A stretch of 63,915 nt of DNA from Treponema sp. (lineage in GTDB: Bacteria; Spirochaetota; Spirochaetia; Treponematales; Treponemataceae): NCBI GenBank assembly GCA_017412405.1, contig JAFPYB010000219.1, positions 1-63,915 on the forward strand, read 5' to 3'. Under the pieces are notes generated by a model, which made no database searches, was not told where the DNA came from, and was given only the letters and a program-made list of their open reading frames with translations. The translations under genes and the position numbers were made by a program. Below, piece by piece: positions 11,441-21,431 of the stretch; within the stretch, counting starts at the first letter, position 1, and every line of letters starts with the position of its first letter.

Positions 11441-14284
11441 TCACTTGGCAAACATTTTCTCAACCTCAGCACGCTTCAGCCGGGCAGCAACACGGGCTGG
11501 AGTCTCGCCGGCCTCATTTTTTGCAACGGGACTCAACTTTCCCAAGGACAGAATGTGCTCCACCACATCTGTGTCGGCGTACTGAGCGGCGTAATGTAGT
11601 ATGGTGTTTTTCTTTTCGTCCGTCTTTGCCGCTCCATACGCCACAATTCCGTCAATGATGCGCCAGTCCTTCGTCTCAAAGGCGCGAACGAGCGGGCAGT
11701 CCCCAGAAAGAGTCCTGGCAAACGGAGAAGCCCCAGCAGAAAGAAGGAACAATGCCGCCACCCGCGACTGGGAAGAAACAGCCCAAAAAAGCGGAGTTTC
11801 CCCAGCATTGTTCGCCGAGTCAAGCAAGAAGCCGCGCTCATGCAGCAGCGACAAAAAAGCGCCATTGACCACATGACGAACAGCTGCATGAACGGCAGTG
11901 TTCCCGTCATCGTCACAGATTCCGCCGTCGCCTCCCAAGACGGAGAGCGACACCAGGGAATCCCGCCTGAGCGACAGGGAAAAAGGCGTGTCACCAGCAT
12001 TGTCATGCGCAAATGGATTTCCGCCCGCGCCACGCACACGAGCAATCAGCTCCGGGGAGGAATGGACGGAGGCCTCGTGGAGGGCAGTCCGCCCCACACT
12101 GTCCTGAACCGACACATCCGCGCCAGAATCAAGAAGAAGGAGGACCACCTCGTCATTCCCAGAGGAAAGAGCTTTCATGAGATTCGTGCGTCCCAGAGAA
12201 TCAACCGTGTTGCAATCCGCCCCAAATGCAATCAAGCTCTGCGCCATTTCCACAGAATTTTTCTCGCACGCCAAGTCCAGTGCCGTCATGCCGTGAGCGT
12301 TCTTGGCGTTCACGTCGCAGCCCAGGGAAACAAGGAATTTTGCCGTCTCCGCCGAGTTCCACCGAACAGCTGCATGGAGCAGCGTGTTCTGTTCATTGTC
12401 TCCGCCGCCTTTCTTGGAATCAAGTTCCGCGCCGTGGCTCAAAAGCAGCTCCAAAGCAGAAACGGAATCTGCTTTAACAGCCGAAAAGAGCGGACTTTCT
12501 CCGGCATTATTCTTTTTTCCTGCTTTTGCTCCGTTTTCAATCAAGTACAAAATCGACTCCAGACATTTCCACTCGGCGGCATAGTGGAGCGGCGTATTCC
12601 CAGAACTGTCGGCGGACAGTATTCGCCCGGGGCGAATGAACCAGTCAAGCATCTCCGCCCCACGCACCAACGCGACCCTGAGCGGCGAATTGTTCAGCTT
12701 GTTAGATGCAAATATGTCGGCATTTTTTGAAAGCAGAAGCTCGCACACATCGCGCCTGTTTTGGGCGGCGGCAACAAGCAGCGCACTGTCTCCGTCATTG
12801 TTCCTTGCGTTCACGTCAAATCCAAGCCCCACCAAATAGGTGATTGCCGAAATCCGCGCTTTTCTTGAGACAGCGACGATGAGCGGAGACGAGCCGTACA
12901 CGTCAGGCCGAGCATCTGCCGCCGTCACCATGAGCCTGAGCATATCGTCACTGGGGGCTGCAAGGGCGAGCGTAAGCGGCGATGAGCCGTGCGAATCATA
13001 CAAATTGCAATCAGCCCCATTCTTCAGATAGAACAAAACATGGTCGCGGTTTTTGTTTGCGACGGCAACTGAAAGCGGCGTAACACCTTGATTGTTTTTC
13101 ACATCAACCAGGGCACCGCTGGAAAGAAAAAATTCCAGGACAGATTTCGGGCAATTGCTGGCTGATGCCACATGGAACACGGTGTTTCCGTCAAAATCAC
13201 CGCGGCGCACATCCGCACCATGCCGAACCAGCATTTCGTAAATGCGGTACTGCTCGTTTCCCGATATTGAAAGCAGGACAGGCGTTTTCCCGTTCTCGCC
13301 CACCGCATTTACATTCGCGCCACGTTCCAAAAGCAGGCGCACCACGTCGCTGTTCCCGCTTCTCACAGCCTCATGCAGCGGCGTATTGTTGTTCTTGTCA
13401 CGAACAGAAAGTATGCTTTCAAGCGACACGTTCGGATTCTCGCGCACAACATACGCCACAATTCCTGTGTGCCCCTGGGTTGCGGCAATGGAAAGCGGCG
13501 TTTGCCCGTCACCAAAGCGAATCATCATGTTCCCGCTTTTTAGGGCATCCTCAAAATACGAAAACGCGCCGCGCACAAGCTCCGAGCCTGCACAGACCAG
13601 CTTTGCCCCAATCCGCACCGAATCGGCGTTCGCCGCATCCTTCCAAGAAAGAGCGAGAGGAATTTGTCCTGCATTGTCCGTGGGCGAAAGCGGCAATTTT
13701 TTTGCGATGTAGTCATCAACGGCAGACTCGTTCCGCGAGCGTGCAATATAATGAAGTATTGTTTGTCCATGTGCATCGACGATGCGGGCAGTCTCGCCAT
13801 TTATCATGCCAGCCATCACGTCCCCGCCTTTTTCAAGCGCAATCTCAATCGCGCTAAGCCCCTCTTCGTCTCTGGCAAAAACGTCATCCCCGATTTTTGA
13901 AAGCACGCTGGCAGCGGCGGCGCAGCGATTGTTCACCGCAATGTGGATTGCCATGTCGCCGCACCTGTTTCGGATTGTCGTATGCGCACCCAGAGAGAGC
14001 AAGTATTCCACCAGCGGAGCGTTATCCATTTCAGCGGCAACATGGAGAACAGTATTTCCAGCAGAATCCACCGAATTCACATTGTCCGAGGTCACCAGTT
14101 CTTTTGCGTGGTCGTACTGGCGGCGGACGATGTAATCCTGCGCCGTGTAGCCGCCTTTTTTCCCGGAGTCGCCCCACCCCCCTTTTCCCGAGCTGACACT
14201 ACTGCCGTACCCTGTCGAAAGACAACTGACAAAAATAAGCGACATAAGCACAATCGGCAATTTTGGCAATCTCAGTTTTTCCAT
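11441..14284 (-). CDS. Large ankyrin-repeat lipoprotein
   Basis: About 20 or more G.TPLH.A-type repeats; lipobox-like IFVSC after a hydrophobic stretch. Confidence 0.9.
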   Translation of the reverse strand: MEKLRLPKLPIVLMSLIFVSCLSTGYGSSVSSGKGGWGDSGKKGGYTAQDYIVRRQYDHAKELVTSDNVNSVDSAGNTVLHVAAEMDNAPLVEYLLSLGAHTTIRNRCGDMAIHIAVNNRCAAAASVLSKIGDDVFARDEEGLSAIEIALEKGGDVMAGMINGETARIVDAHGQTILHYIARSRNESAVDDYIAKKLPLSPTDNAGQIPLALSWKDAANADSVRIGAKLVCAGSELVRGAFSYFEDALKSGNMMIRFGDGQTPLSIAATQGHTGIVAYVVRENPNVSLESILSVRDKNNNTPLHEAVRSGNSDVVRLLLERGANVNAVGENGKTPVLLSISGNEQYRIYEMLVRHGADVRRGDFDGNTVFHVASASNCPKSVLEFFLSSGALVDVKNNQGVTPLSVAVANKNRDHVLFYLKNGADCNLYDSHGSSPLTLALAAPSDDMLRLMVTAADARPDVYGSSPLIVAVSRKARISAITYLVGLGFDVNARNNDGDSALLVAAAQNRRDVCELLLSKNADIFASNKLNNSPLRVALVRGAEMLDWFIRPGRILSADSSGNTPLHYAAEWKCLESILYLIENGAKAGKKNNAGESPLFSAVKADSVSALELLLSHGAELDSKKGGGDNEQNTLLHAAVRWNSAETAKFLVSLGCDVNAKNAHGMTALDLACEKNSVEMAQSLIAFGADCNTVDSLGRTNLMKALSSGNDEVVLLLLDSGADVSVQDSVGRTALHEASVHSSPELIARVRGAGGNPFAHDNAGDTPFSLSLRRDSLVSLSVLGGDGGICDDDGNTAVHAAVRHVVNGAFLSLLHERGFLLDSANNAGETPLFWAVSSQSRVAALFLLSAGASPFARTLSGDCPLVRAFETKDWRIIDGIVAYGAAKTDEKKNTILHYAAQYADTDVVEHILSLGKLSPVAKNEAGETPARVAARLKRAEVEKMFAK

Positions 14285-14328
14285 ACGCTCTCCTGCTCTC
14301 TTTGTTAAACACCCCATACCTTATCGGA

Positions 14329-14781
14329 TTACTTAGACGTGTTTTCCAGATTCGCATGGAGTTTTTCAAGCAAGTACAAAAGGTTCTCTTTCTCCGCCTC
14401 CGAAAAATCTCGATAGGCACAGTCAAGAAGCTCGTTGGAAAGGCTGTGCGTCGTCTCATTGTACGCCCTGCCTTTTTCCGTCAACGAAATCCATCGTTTT
14501 CGGCTGTCAGAATCATCTTTCTCGATTTTTACAAGTTCTGCCTTTTCCAATTTTTTCACCAGCACCGTCGCCGTAGATTTGTCCCGATTGATTTTTTGCG
14601 AAAGCTCCCCCATCGTCAAACGCCCAGACTTTGAAAGGCAGAACAAGATGAATCCGTGGGACGAGACAAAATCAGGAAGTCCTGAGCCGCTCATTTTTCT
14701 CTGCAAAAAATCAGCAGAACACGAATGAATTTTTGATATTAAAGAAAGAACTGAAGAAACTGAATAATTCATCTCACCCAC
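14329..14781 (-). CDS. MarR family transcriptional regulator
   Basis: TMGELS..I.RDKSTAT.LVKKLE, DSR...ISLTEKG. Confidence 0.92.
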   Translation of the reverse strand: MGEMNYSVSSVLSLISKIHSCSADFLQRKMSGSGLPDFVSSHGFILFCLSKSGRLTMGELSQKINRDKSTATVLVKKLEKAELVKIEKDDSDSRKRWISLTEKGRAYNETTHSLSNELLDCAYRDFSEAEKENLLYLLEKLHANLENTSK

Positions 14782-14864
14782 ATGATAGCAAAAAAATCAC
14801 GAAGATACTCACAGGACAAGTTCAAAAATCAACAAATGCAGACACACATTTCCAAAACGCTCAA

Positions 14865-15509
14865 CTAATCCGTTTTCTGCTGAGCAGGTCTAATATACTT
14901 TCCTTTTTTAGTTTTTTCCATGAACGTAAAGCTCGCATAATTCTTGTAAAAATCCGATTCATTTTTGTTGTTTCCAACAAAACCAGTGTCATTGTACAAA
15001 AAGGCGCGTACACAAATCCCCTGATTTTTCTTGTAGAAAAACTCAATTTCCATGTACTTGTAGCCCTCGGCAAACAAAGAATTTGGCGAAACAACAGACA
15101 CAAAAGACCCCATATCTGCATTGAACGTTTTTTTAACAACAAGTTCTTTGTAATTTCCGCGCTTGTCAACATGCAACCGTGTTCCGGCAAGATTCATCAA
15201 CACAAGAGCCTCGTACATCGTAACGCTCGCTTTCTCATTCACCCCAGTTTCCTTGAAGAGAAGATACCGAACTTCACCATCATGACCATTGAACGTTGCC
15301 CGGTACGCACGGTTCACGCCCTCATTCCGCAAAGCTTCCCCCACGTCGGCGTTAAGTTCAAATGCCGGAAGCTGGCGATAGAGGACTTCAAACGCCTCGT
15401 CATCGTTGGACGGCTCAAAATTGAGCGAGACAATATCTGCACTGGCAAAATGCGCTGCGCCCAAAAGCACGAGGAGCATGGGCGCAACTTTTCTGAGAAA
15501 AAGATTCAT
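14865..15509 (-). CDS. Secreted hypothetical protein, paralog B
   Basis: Signal peptide ending ASA; colinear similarity to 15513..16145. Confidence 0.8.
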   Translation of the reverse strand: MNLFLRKVAPMLLVLLGAAHFASADIVSLNFEPSNDDEAFEVLYRQLPAFELNADVGEALRNEGVNRAYRATFNGHDGEVRYLLFKETGVNEKASVTMYEALVLMNLAGTRLHVDKRGNYKELVVKKTFNADMGSFVSVVSPNSLFAEGYKYMEIEFFYKKNQGICVRAFLYNDTGFVGNNKNESDFYKNYASFTFMEKTKKGKYIRPAQQKTD

Positions 15510-15512
15510 ACT

Positions 15513-16145
15513 TTATTTTACAGCACGTTTTATGTACTTTCCAGCCTTATCTTTTTCCATGAACTTGAATGATTTGTAATATTTGGCCCAATCAGATTTT
15601 GTGTCAAACTGACCATCTTTTATCCCAAAAAATTCAGGCTCATTGAACAGCGTTGTACGCACGCAAAGCCCCTGCCCCTTCTTGTAAAAACATTCCACGC
15701 TGGCAAACAGATAGCCGCCGGCAAATCGCGACTGGGGGTTCATTATGAAATAGCTCAACCCAGAAGTTCCATTGAAATTATTCGCAACATCCGACTCACT
15801 GAATGCATTCTGCCCCTTCACACAACTGGGTTCTCCCGCAATATTGAGCGCAATCGTATATGCGTATGATGAAATCGAGAAATCAGTGTTTTTCCCCGTT
15901 TCCTTGAAAAGCGAATACCGGATTTCTCCCTCACAGCCGTTGAAAGTTGCCTTGAACGCCTGATTCACACCCACTTCCTGCTGATTTTCATCAGGAACAT
16001 CATATATTTCAAACGACGGGAATTTATAATACATAACATCGAATTCTTCTTCCGACCGGGTTGGCTCAAAATTCGTCGAAGCAATCTTTGCCGAGGCAAC
16101 ACCCATGCACACAAAAAACATCAATAAACCAAAAACTTTTTTCAT
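15513..16145 (-). CDS. Secreted hypothetical protein, paralog A
   Basis: Signal peptide; shares NFEP, ATFNG..GE.RY.LFKETG, FYKK.QG.CVR and FMEK.K.GKYI with its neighbour. Confidence 0.8.
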   Translation of the reverse strand: MKKVFGLLMFFVCMGVASAKIASTNFEPTRSEEEFDVMYYKFPSFEIYDVPDENQQEVGVNQAFKATFNGCEGEIRYSLFKETGKNTDFSISSYAYTIALNIAGEPSCVKGQNAFSESDVANNFNGTSGLSYFIMNPQSRFAGGYLFASVECFYKKGQGLCVRTTLFNEPEFFGIKDGQFDTKSDWAKYYKSFKFMEKDKAGKYIKRAVK

Positions 16146-16373
16146 AAAACATCTTCTCCTATTTTTTGATTTTCGCAGTATAGCAAAAATGATTCTTAAA
16201 ATAATATTAATTCCATCAAAAAAACTTTTTTTTCAAAATCGAAAAATCCATGGTGGAGTTTTTGGAGAAAAACACCGTCATTTTTCGCACAGAAGTGAGG
16301 AAGTGCCGATTGACACGCCCGAAAGAAACAAGCGTTTTCCAAACACTTCCGTGACAAATTGCCCAGATTGCTG

Positions 16374-17685
16374 CTAAGCATTTTTGCTTTTGCCTTTACC
16401 AGTATTATTGACGTGTTCGGCAAAAGCCTTATTAACAGCCCGGCTCCGTCTCCAATCGTTAATAATTTCAATTCCAGTGCGAAACTCTTTCTTTTCATTT
16501 CGATAAATGATATCCATTCGATCGATTGTACTCATCGGAACAGCAACTCGACCGCCCACCTTTATCCAACCAACCTCACCGCGCATAGAGTCTGGACGGA
16601 TATCGTAATCATTCACTGATGTTCCTTTTATGTACACATACGTTTGACCATCTCTCTCAAGAGTTTCGCCCGTCAATGTAACAAAATGATAATTATACCC
16701 AGTGATTACATCTTTATCGTCTTTTTTCGCAGAGTATGCAACTTGCGCAACAATAACAACATCAATTTCTTTTTCTACCTGCTCTTGTATAATGCTCGTG
16801 ATAATGCTTTCTTTCGTCGATGTGGCCTGCCCAAACATCGCAATTTCACTCTTTTGTTTGCTGGCAACTATTTCGTCGATTGATATATCATCACTTCTAG
16901 ATCCAAATAGTGTTTCATACGTGAAACCAAAACCATTGTACAAAGCCTTAAAATCAATATTTGCACCTTCAAAATACTCTTCGCACTCGTTTATGTCTTT
17001 TGGTGTCACCGTACTATATGTCAATGCCGACACAACCTGAGCCACCGCCGTCACAGCACAACCCTCCTGGCTCATAAGCTTTTCTGACCCTCCAATATGA
17101 TCATTTCCCCACCTGGAATCGTTCATGAACTGCTCGGTTGTTTCCACAACCCACAATCCATTAGGATCCACATAGCTCACAGGATTTCCCATGCAGTACG
17201 AATACCAGTTCGTCCCGTCCCGAATCGGGTCTTCCGAGGAAAAACGACCGAGCGCACAAGAATAGTCGCGGAAGCCAAAATCGTATAGACCAGTCCGAGC
17301 GTCGTACCGCTTGCCGACAAAGCCGAACGAAGCGCTTCCACCGCCCAGAGGAGAGCCGAACACGTCGAAATCATATGATTCCACAAGCCCGTTTTCCCCG
17401 CAAGCCGCCGAAACCGAAGACAGCGAATCTGTCATGAGCGCGCATGAAAAGTAGCCGTCAGCCCCAGAGCCAAGCCGAGTGAGCGACACAGGAACACATT
17501 CTGATGAGCGGGGGATATAGACCGGCACATTCGCCGAGTCCGCGCTTTGCCGGGTCTGGCTTCGGCTGGAAGGAGACTGGGCGGCTCCTGTTCGCCCCGA
17601 AAGCAATTCGTCCCCAGAATCCATGCCTGAGCTGCGCAAATACCTGAACTCTGGAACAGCCCCCGAGCGAGAGGCGCGGACGGCT
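16374..17685 (-). pseudogene. 5'-truncated Rhs protein: Rhs-associated core plus C39-like peptidase tip
   Basis: YDFDVFG, FVGKRYD..TGLYDFGFRDY, GRFSSEDPIRDG.NWY.YC..NP..YVDPNGL; tip has D.RW...GCAVTAVA...HFV; no YD-repeat body or convincing start. Confidence 0.8.
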
Positions 17686-18061
17686 CGCTCGTCAGGACGG
17701 AGGGCGAAACGGAATTGTCGCTTGCAACACGGAACAAGCGCGTGTCGCTCCAATCTCCGTTCGTCGCGTCGAATGCGCTCGCCCTATCCAAAAGAACAAG
17801 AATGGTGTTGCCGGCCGAAAGGAAGGAGCGGGCCTCCTCCATTTCGTTCAAGTCCGAAATGGCTGCGCTTTCCAGATTGTTGTCCGCCGCCATGTACACG
17901 ATGAATGTCCATTCCGCGTTCCCAGATGATTCAGGCTCGGGCTTTGGCGCTTTTACCGCCCCGCCGGAAGACGGCTCGTCAAAAAGCGCGGAGCAAGATG
18001 CCCCCACAAAGGCAAAAATCACAAGCACAAGAGCGGCGGCGTACAGGAACCTAGTCTTCAT
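17432..18061 (-). pseudogene. Truncated clostripain-family (C11) peptidase lipoprotein
   Basis: Lipobox VGASC, WTFIVYMAADNNLE...DLNEME...LLDR; similarity lost after about 17685, catalytic His/Cys absent. Confidence 0.8.
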
Positions 18062-18515
18062 GGGCAGTTCCTTCGCTCGCGGCGTGCATTCCGAACGGAT
18101 CCGACCACTCAGAACCGTCCGCATAGGAAATTTTTTTCACATAGAAAAAATCAAGAATGAAAGTTTCCTTCGGAACACGCGACAGATACGAGTCCAAGCT
18201 CACGCAAAAATCAGCCTTCGTCTGGGCAGGGATTGGCGCATCGAACCGCTTCACAATGCAGTTCGAGCCGATGAACGGGTTCTGGCCGTCGCTGTCGTAC
18301 ACCAAAAAACTCACCGTGAACGAGGAAATATCCTTCGCGCTGTCGTTGTACAGCGTGAAATTTGCGCCCGCAAAATCGTATGCGCCTGTCTTTTCGCCAA
18401 TTTCCACGCTGTTTTCCGCCACAATGTAAGGACAGTCGATTATGTCCATAGACGAGCAGGAAGTTGCGACAAAAAGCGAAATCACCAAAAACAAAAGCGT
18501 AAAAAGTCGAATCAT
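18051..18515 (-). CDS. Hypothetical lipoprotein
   Basis: Lipobox VATSC; overlaps both neighbours; beta-rich sequence. Confidence 0.75.
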   Translation of the reverse strand: MIRLFTLLFLVISLFVATSCSSMDIIDCPYIVAENSVEIGEKTGAYDFAGANFTLYNDSAKDISSFTVSFLVYDSDGQNPFIGSNCIVKRFDAPIPAQTKADFCVSLDSYLSRVPKETFILDFFYVKKISYADGSEWSDPFGMHAASEGTAHED

Positions 18516-19060
18516 CGTGCTGTTTCCTCCGTCCGTTTTTCACCAACCATGTCAAAAATCTGCTGCTTCTTCCGCTCGCTGGGATTTTTGCAGTAGGACA
18601 CTAATTTTTCATAGAACAAAAAGCTTTTTTCGCCCCGGTTGTACTTGCTCTCTTTTTGAAGCATTTTCTCAGCCTCCTTGAACTGCCCGTCACGAATCAG
18701 CTCCTCCACTTTCGCGTACACGCTGGAAATCGGCTCAATCTGCGCCGTGAAAATCCGCCTTCTGTCCTTGAACGACACAGTTTGCTCAAAGGAACTCCAG
18801 CCTTTTCCGCCTCCAGAAACTCTGTAAGTTCCGGCTTTCAATTCGGGAATCAGGAACATTCCGTTTATGCCAGTGACAGCGGAATGAACAGCCCCAAAAT
18901 CAATGTGGTAATTTTCAACGGCCTCTCCGTGTGGGCCGCAAATTCGCCCAGTACAGGCAGCCGTTCCCTCAAACTTTGTGGATCTGCATGAATTCAATGC
19001 AAGAAATGCCAGAACAAATGCCCATATCGATATGTGCCATGATACTGTCTTACTGCGCAC
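18512..19060 (-). CDS. Lipoprotein with carboxypeptidase-regulatory-like domain and helical tail
   Basis: GTG start with GGAGG RBS, lipobox LNSC, T..NG.F.IPELKAGTY.V pattern. Confidence 0.7.
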   Translation of the reverse strand: MRSKTVSWHISIWAFVLAFLALNSCRSTKFEGTAACTGRICGPHGEAVENYHIDFGAVHSAVTGINGMFLIPELKAGTYRVSGGGKGWSSFEQTVSFKDRRRIFTAQIEPISSVYAKVEELIRDGQFKEAEKMLQKESKYNRGEKSFLFYEKLVSYCKNPSERKKQQIFDMVGEKRTEETAR

Positions 19061-20330
19061 GTTCTTCCTCCATCTTGATTTTTCCGTCATTCGATTTGTA
19101 ATAGGTGAACACCCGCCCGTCCTTTGCCACGATTGAGCCAAGCCGATTGCCCTCCATGCTCCTTCTGTGCGGGGCAATCGTATACACCGCCGCGCCAGCT
19201 TTTTTCTCCGAAGGGCGTGTCTGAGGCTCCTCGGGGACATTGAACCGGCACAACACAGGCGCATACTGTGCGCACACCGAAAGCGGAGTCATGGCTTCGT
19301 CCTCAGTAGAAGACGAGCCGCTGGAGAACGACACCTTGACTGCCGCATAGTGCGCACCGTTTTCCACGCGGATTGATTTTTCTCTCAAGCCGTGGGCACG
19401 GGAGCACGCCGCCAAAATCCCAAGCGCGCTGGAAAAATTTTCTCCGCTGCACAAAAATGAAATCGAGCATGAATCTTCCGCCACCTGCTCGCCCAAAATG
19501 GCGCACCCGGCAGAAAGAAGCCCTGTGCGCACGGCGGGAACGAAACTCTTTCCCTCAGGTCTTTTGCCATAAGCCCACAGGGAGTTCGCCGAGTCTCCAA
19601 CCGCAAGAAGACCTCCGTGGTGGCTTTTGTCATATCCGCCGTATCCAGAAAGCTCAGAAAGCTCGGCGCGACGAATTTTCAGCCCGTCGTTGTGAATCGT
19701 AAAATTCGGCTCCCCGTTTTTGTACGAAACCTGACAGTATTTTGCCCCAGCTATCTCTTCGCTCGGGCAGCCGGACACATCGAATTCGCACACATTCCCA
19801 CTCCATTCCATTGAATTGATTCTTCCGCCGTTCTTGCTCACGGACGAAAACACGAGAGTGAATAATTCATGAGGTGCCAAAAACACATAATCCTCCTTTG
19901 CGCACTCAGCCTGAGACGATAAAAGCCGATTTTCCTCCACGCCGGAAACAGGCAGCCTTGCCTTCGTTCCCATGTGCCATCCAACAGCCGCCCCTGCCAA
20001 CAGCACGCACACAATGCCAAGTTTCACGAAATCTTCTTTTTTCCGAAAAACACACCGATTTCCGTGTCCCTCCAAGAACAGCCGCCGCGACGGGAACTTG
20101 TTCCGATACTCAAAAAGCTTCGCCTTTTCCATGACCACAACTTCCGCAAAAAGATTCCGATGTTTCATCTGCACTTTCGTGTCAAAGCAATTCGACGACG
20201 AAAAGCAGGGATGGTGCTTTTCAAGCTCCCTCAGCAAAAAATTCCGCCCATTCCGCCTTGAAAGCGACCGAAGCGAAATCGGAATCGAATACAACTCGTA
20301 ATCATTCTGTTTCACAAATACTTTTTTCAT
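19050..20330 (-). CDS. Bitopic membrane protein, candidate GspL/M- or PilMN-like alignment subunit
   Basis: One TM segment (LGIVCVLLAGAAVGW), GAGGTG RBS, position after the pseudopilins; family assignment is positional only. Confidence 0.55.
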   Translation of the reverse strand: MKKVFVKQNDYELYSIPISLRSLSRRNGRNFLLRELEKHHPCFSSSNCFDTKVQMKHRNLFAEVVVMEKAKLFEYRNKFPSRRLFLEGHGNRCVFRKKEDFVKLGIVCVLLAGAAVGWHMGTKARLPVSGVEENRLLSSQAECAKEDYVFLAPHELFTLVFSSVSKNGGRINSMEWSGNVCEFDVSGCPSEEIAGAKYCQVSYKNGEPNFTIHNDGLKIRRAELSELSGYGGYDKSHHGGLLAVGDSANSLWAYGKRPEGKSFVPAVRTGLLSAGCAILGEQVAEDSCSISFLCSGENFSSALGILAACSRAHGLREKSIRVENGAHYAAVKVSFSSGSSSTEDEAMTPLSVCAQYAPVLCRFNVPEEPQTRPSEKKAGAAVYTIAPHRRSMEGNRLGSIVAKDGRVFTYYKSNDGKIKMEEERAQ

Positions 20331-20331
20331 G

Positions 20332-20674
20332 TCACCTCTTGTTTTCATTGAGCGCATACGCCTCTTTCCCGTCCCATTCGACTTTCCACAGCGCACGCGC
20401 ATCCTTGACCCCGATTTTTTTCACGCAGATTGATGAAAGACCACATTCTGCGCGGCACAATCCCAGCCATTGAGAAAAATCGCTTTCACACACGTTCGCT
20501 TTTTTTTCCGCACAGCTGGCAAAACGACTCTGCAATGAACATATCCCTGTGCATAATCCGCTCGTTCATGTCGTTCACGGTTTTAAGCCTTGCGACCGGC
20601 TTTGCCATCTGCACGAACAAAGCCGAAAAAAGCGGCAGGACAATCATCAACGCCAGCACTTCACCAAGTTTCAA
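20332..20674 (-). pseudogene. Minor pilin-like gene split at an A8 run
   Basis: N-terminus with Glu5 and hydrophobic helix (KLGEVLALMIVL); deleting one A at 20500-20507 fuses the two ORFs into 113 aa. Confidence 0.6.
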
Positions 20675-20918
20675 AGTCGATTTCTCCCCTGTTTTCCCAT
20701 TCAGATTTTATATGCGCCGTGGACGAATCAAGCTCCGCATAAAACCGGCTGGATTTTTTCTCGATGACCTGCCGCCTTGTGCGCTCAAACTGCGCCCAGC
20801 CCACCATCAGCCCACTTGCCACGAACATGACCAAAAGAGCAGAGCAGAGGGAAAATCCCGCATCCCATCTGCCGCCCGCCATTTTTTTTGGGTCAATCCC
20901 GCCACGAAACAATGTCAT
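20661..20918 (-). CDS. Minor pseudopilin-like protein
   Basis: Class III signal AG|FSLCSALLVMFVASGL lacking Glu5; GGAGG RBS. Confidence 0.6.
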   Translation of the reverse strand: MTLFRGGIDPKKMAGGRWDAGFSLCSALLVMFVASGLMVGWAQFERTRRQVIEKKSSRFYAELDSSTAHIKSEWENRGEIDFETW

Positions 20919-21408
20919 TCTCGCCTCCCCGCACACAATCTTCCCCGGCGCACACAATGGCGAACGAAAGTCCATCCGGCACATCGACAGGCATGAGTGC
21001 GCTCCCCTGCCTGAAGTATTCGTAGGGCGTTCCCCACGGGTCCACGGGAACAGTCCTGTCCGTGTACGGCCCGTTCCACCCCGCGGGAACAGGAGCAAGC
21101 AGGGGCTTTTCCCACAATGCCCCAAGCCCCTGCTCGTCCGTGGGAAACACGCCGCAATCCACATAGTACGAATTGAGCGCGACTTTGAACGCCTCAATCT
21201 GGTTCCTTGCCGACACAACACGGGCCTTCTTCACAAGACGATTGACCGCCACCCCGACCTGCGAGGCGAGAATTGCCGTCACAACAAGGACGGCAAGGGT
21301 CTCAACAAAGGTGAATCCGCCATCCGCCCCATCGTTCGGGCGGTTTCCCCTATTTCGCTTTTTCAAGCCTCCAGCATATGCTTTGATTTTTTGAATCATC
21401 TTCCTCAT
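20893..21408 (-). CDS. gspG: Type II secretion major pseudopilin
   Basis: G|FTFVETL, ALNSYYVDCG.FPT.EQGL.AL, W.GPY and VP.DPWG.PY.Y. Confidence 0.9.
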   Translation of the reverse strand: MRKMIQKIKAYAGGLKKRNRGNRPNDGADGGFTFVETLAVLVVTAILASQVGVAVNRLVKKARVVSARNQIEAFKVALNSYYVDCGVFPTDEQGLGALWEKPLLAPVPAGWNGPYTDRTVPVDPWGTPYEYFRQGSALMPVDVPDGLSFAIVCAGEDCVRGGENDIVSWRD

Positions 21409-21431
21409 ACAAATCCTCGTTTTTCGCATAA

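Noticed and set aside
16196-16498. ORF overlapping the Rhs end as an immunity gene
   Set aside because: Overlaps the toxin, lacks a clear RBS and has non-protein-like composition; a decayed stub cannot be excluded
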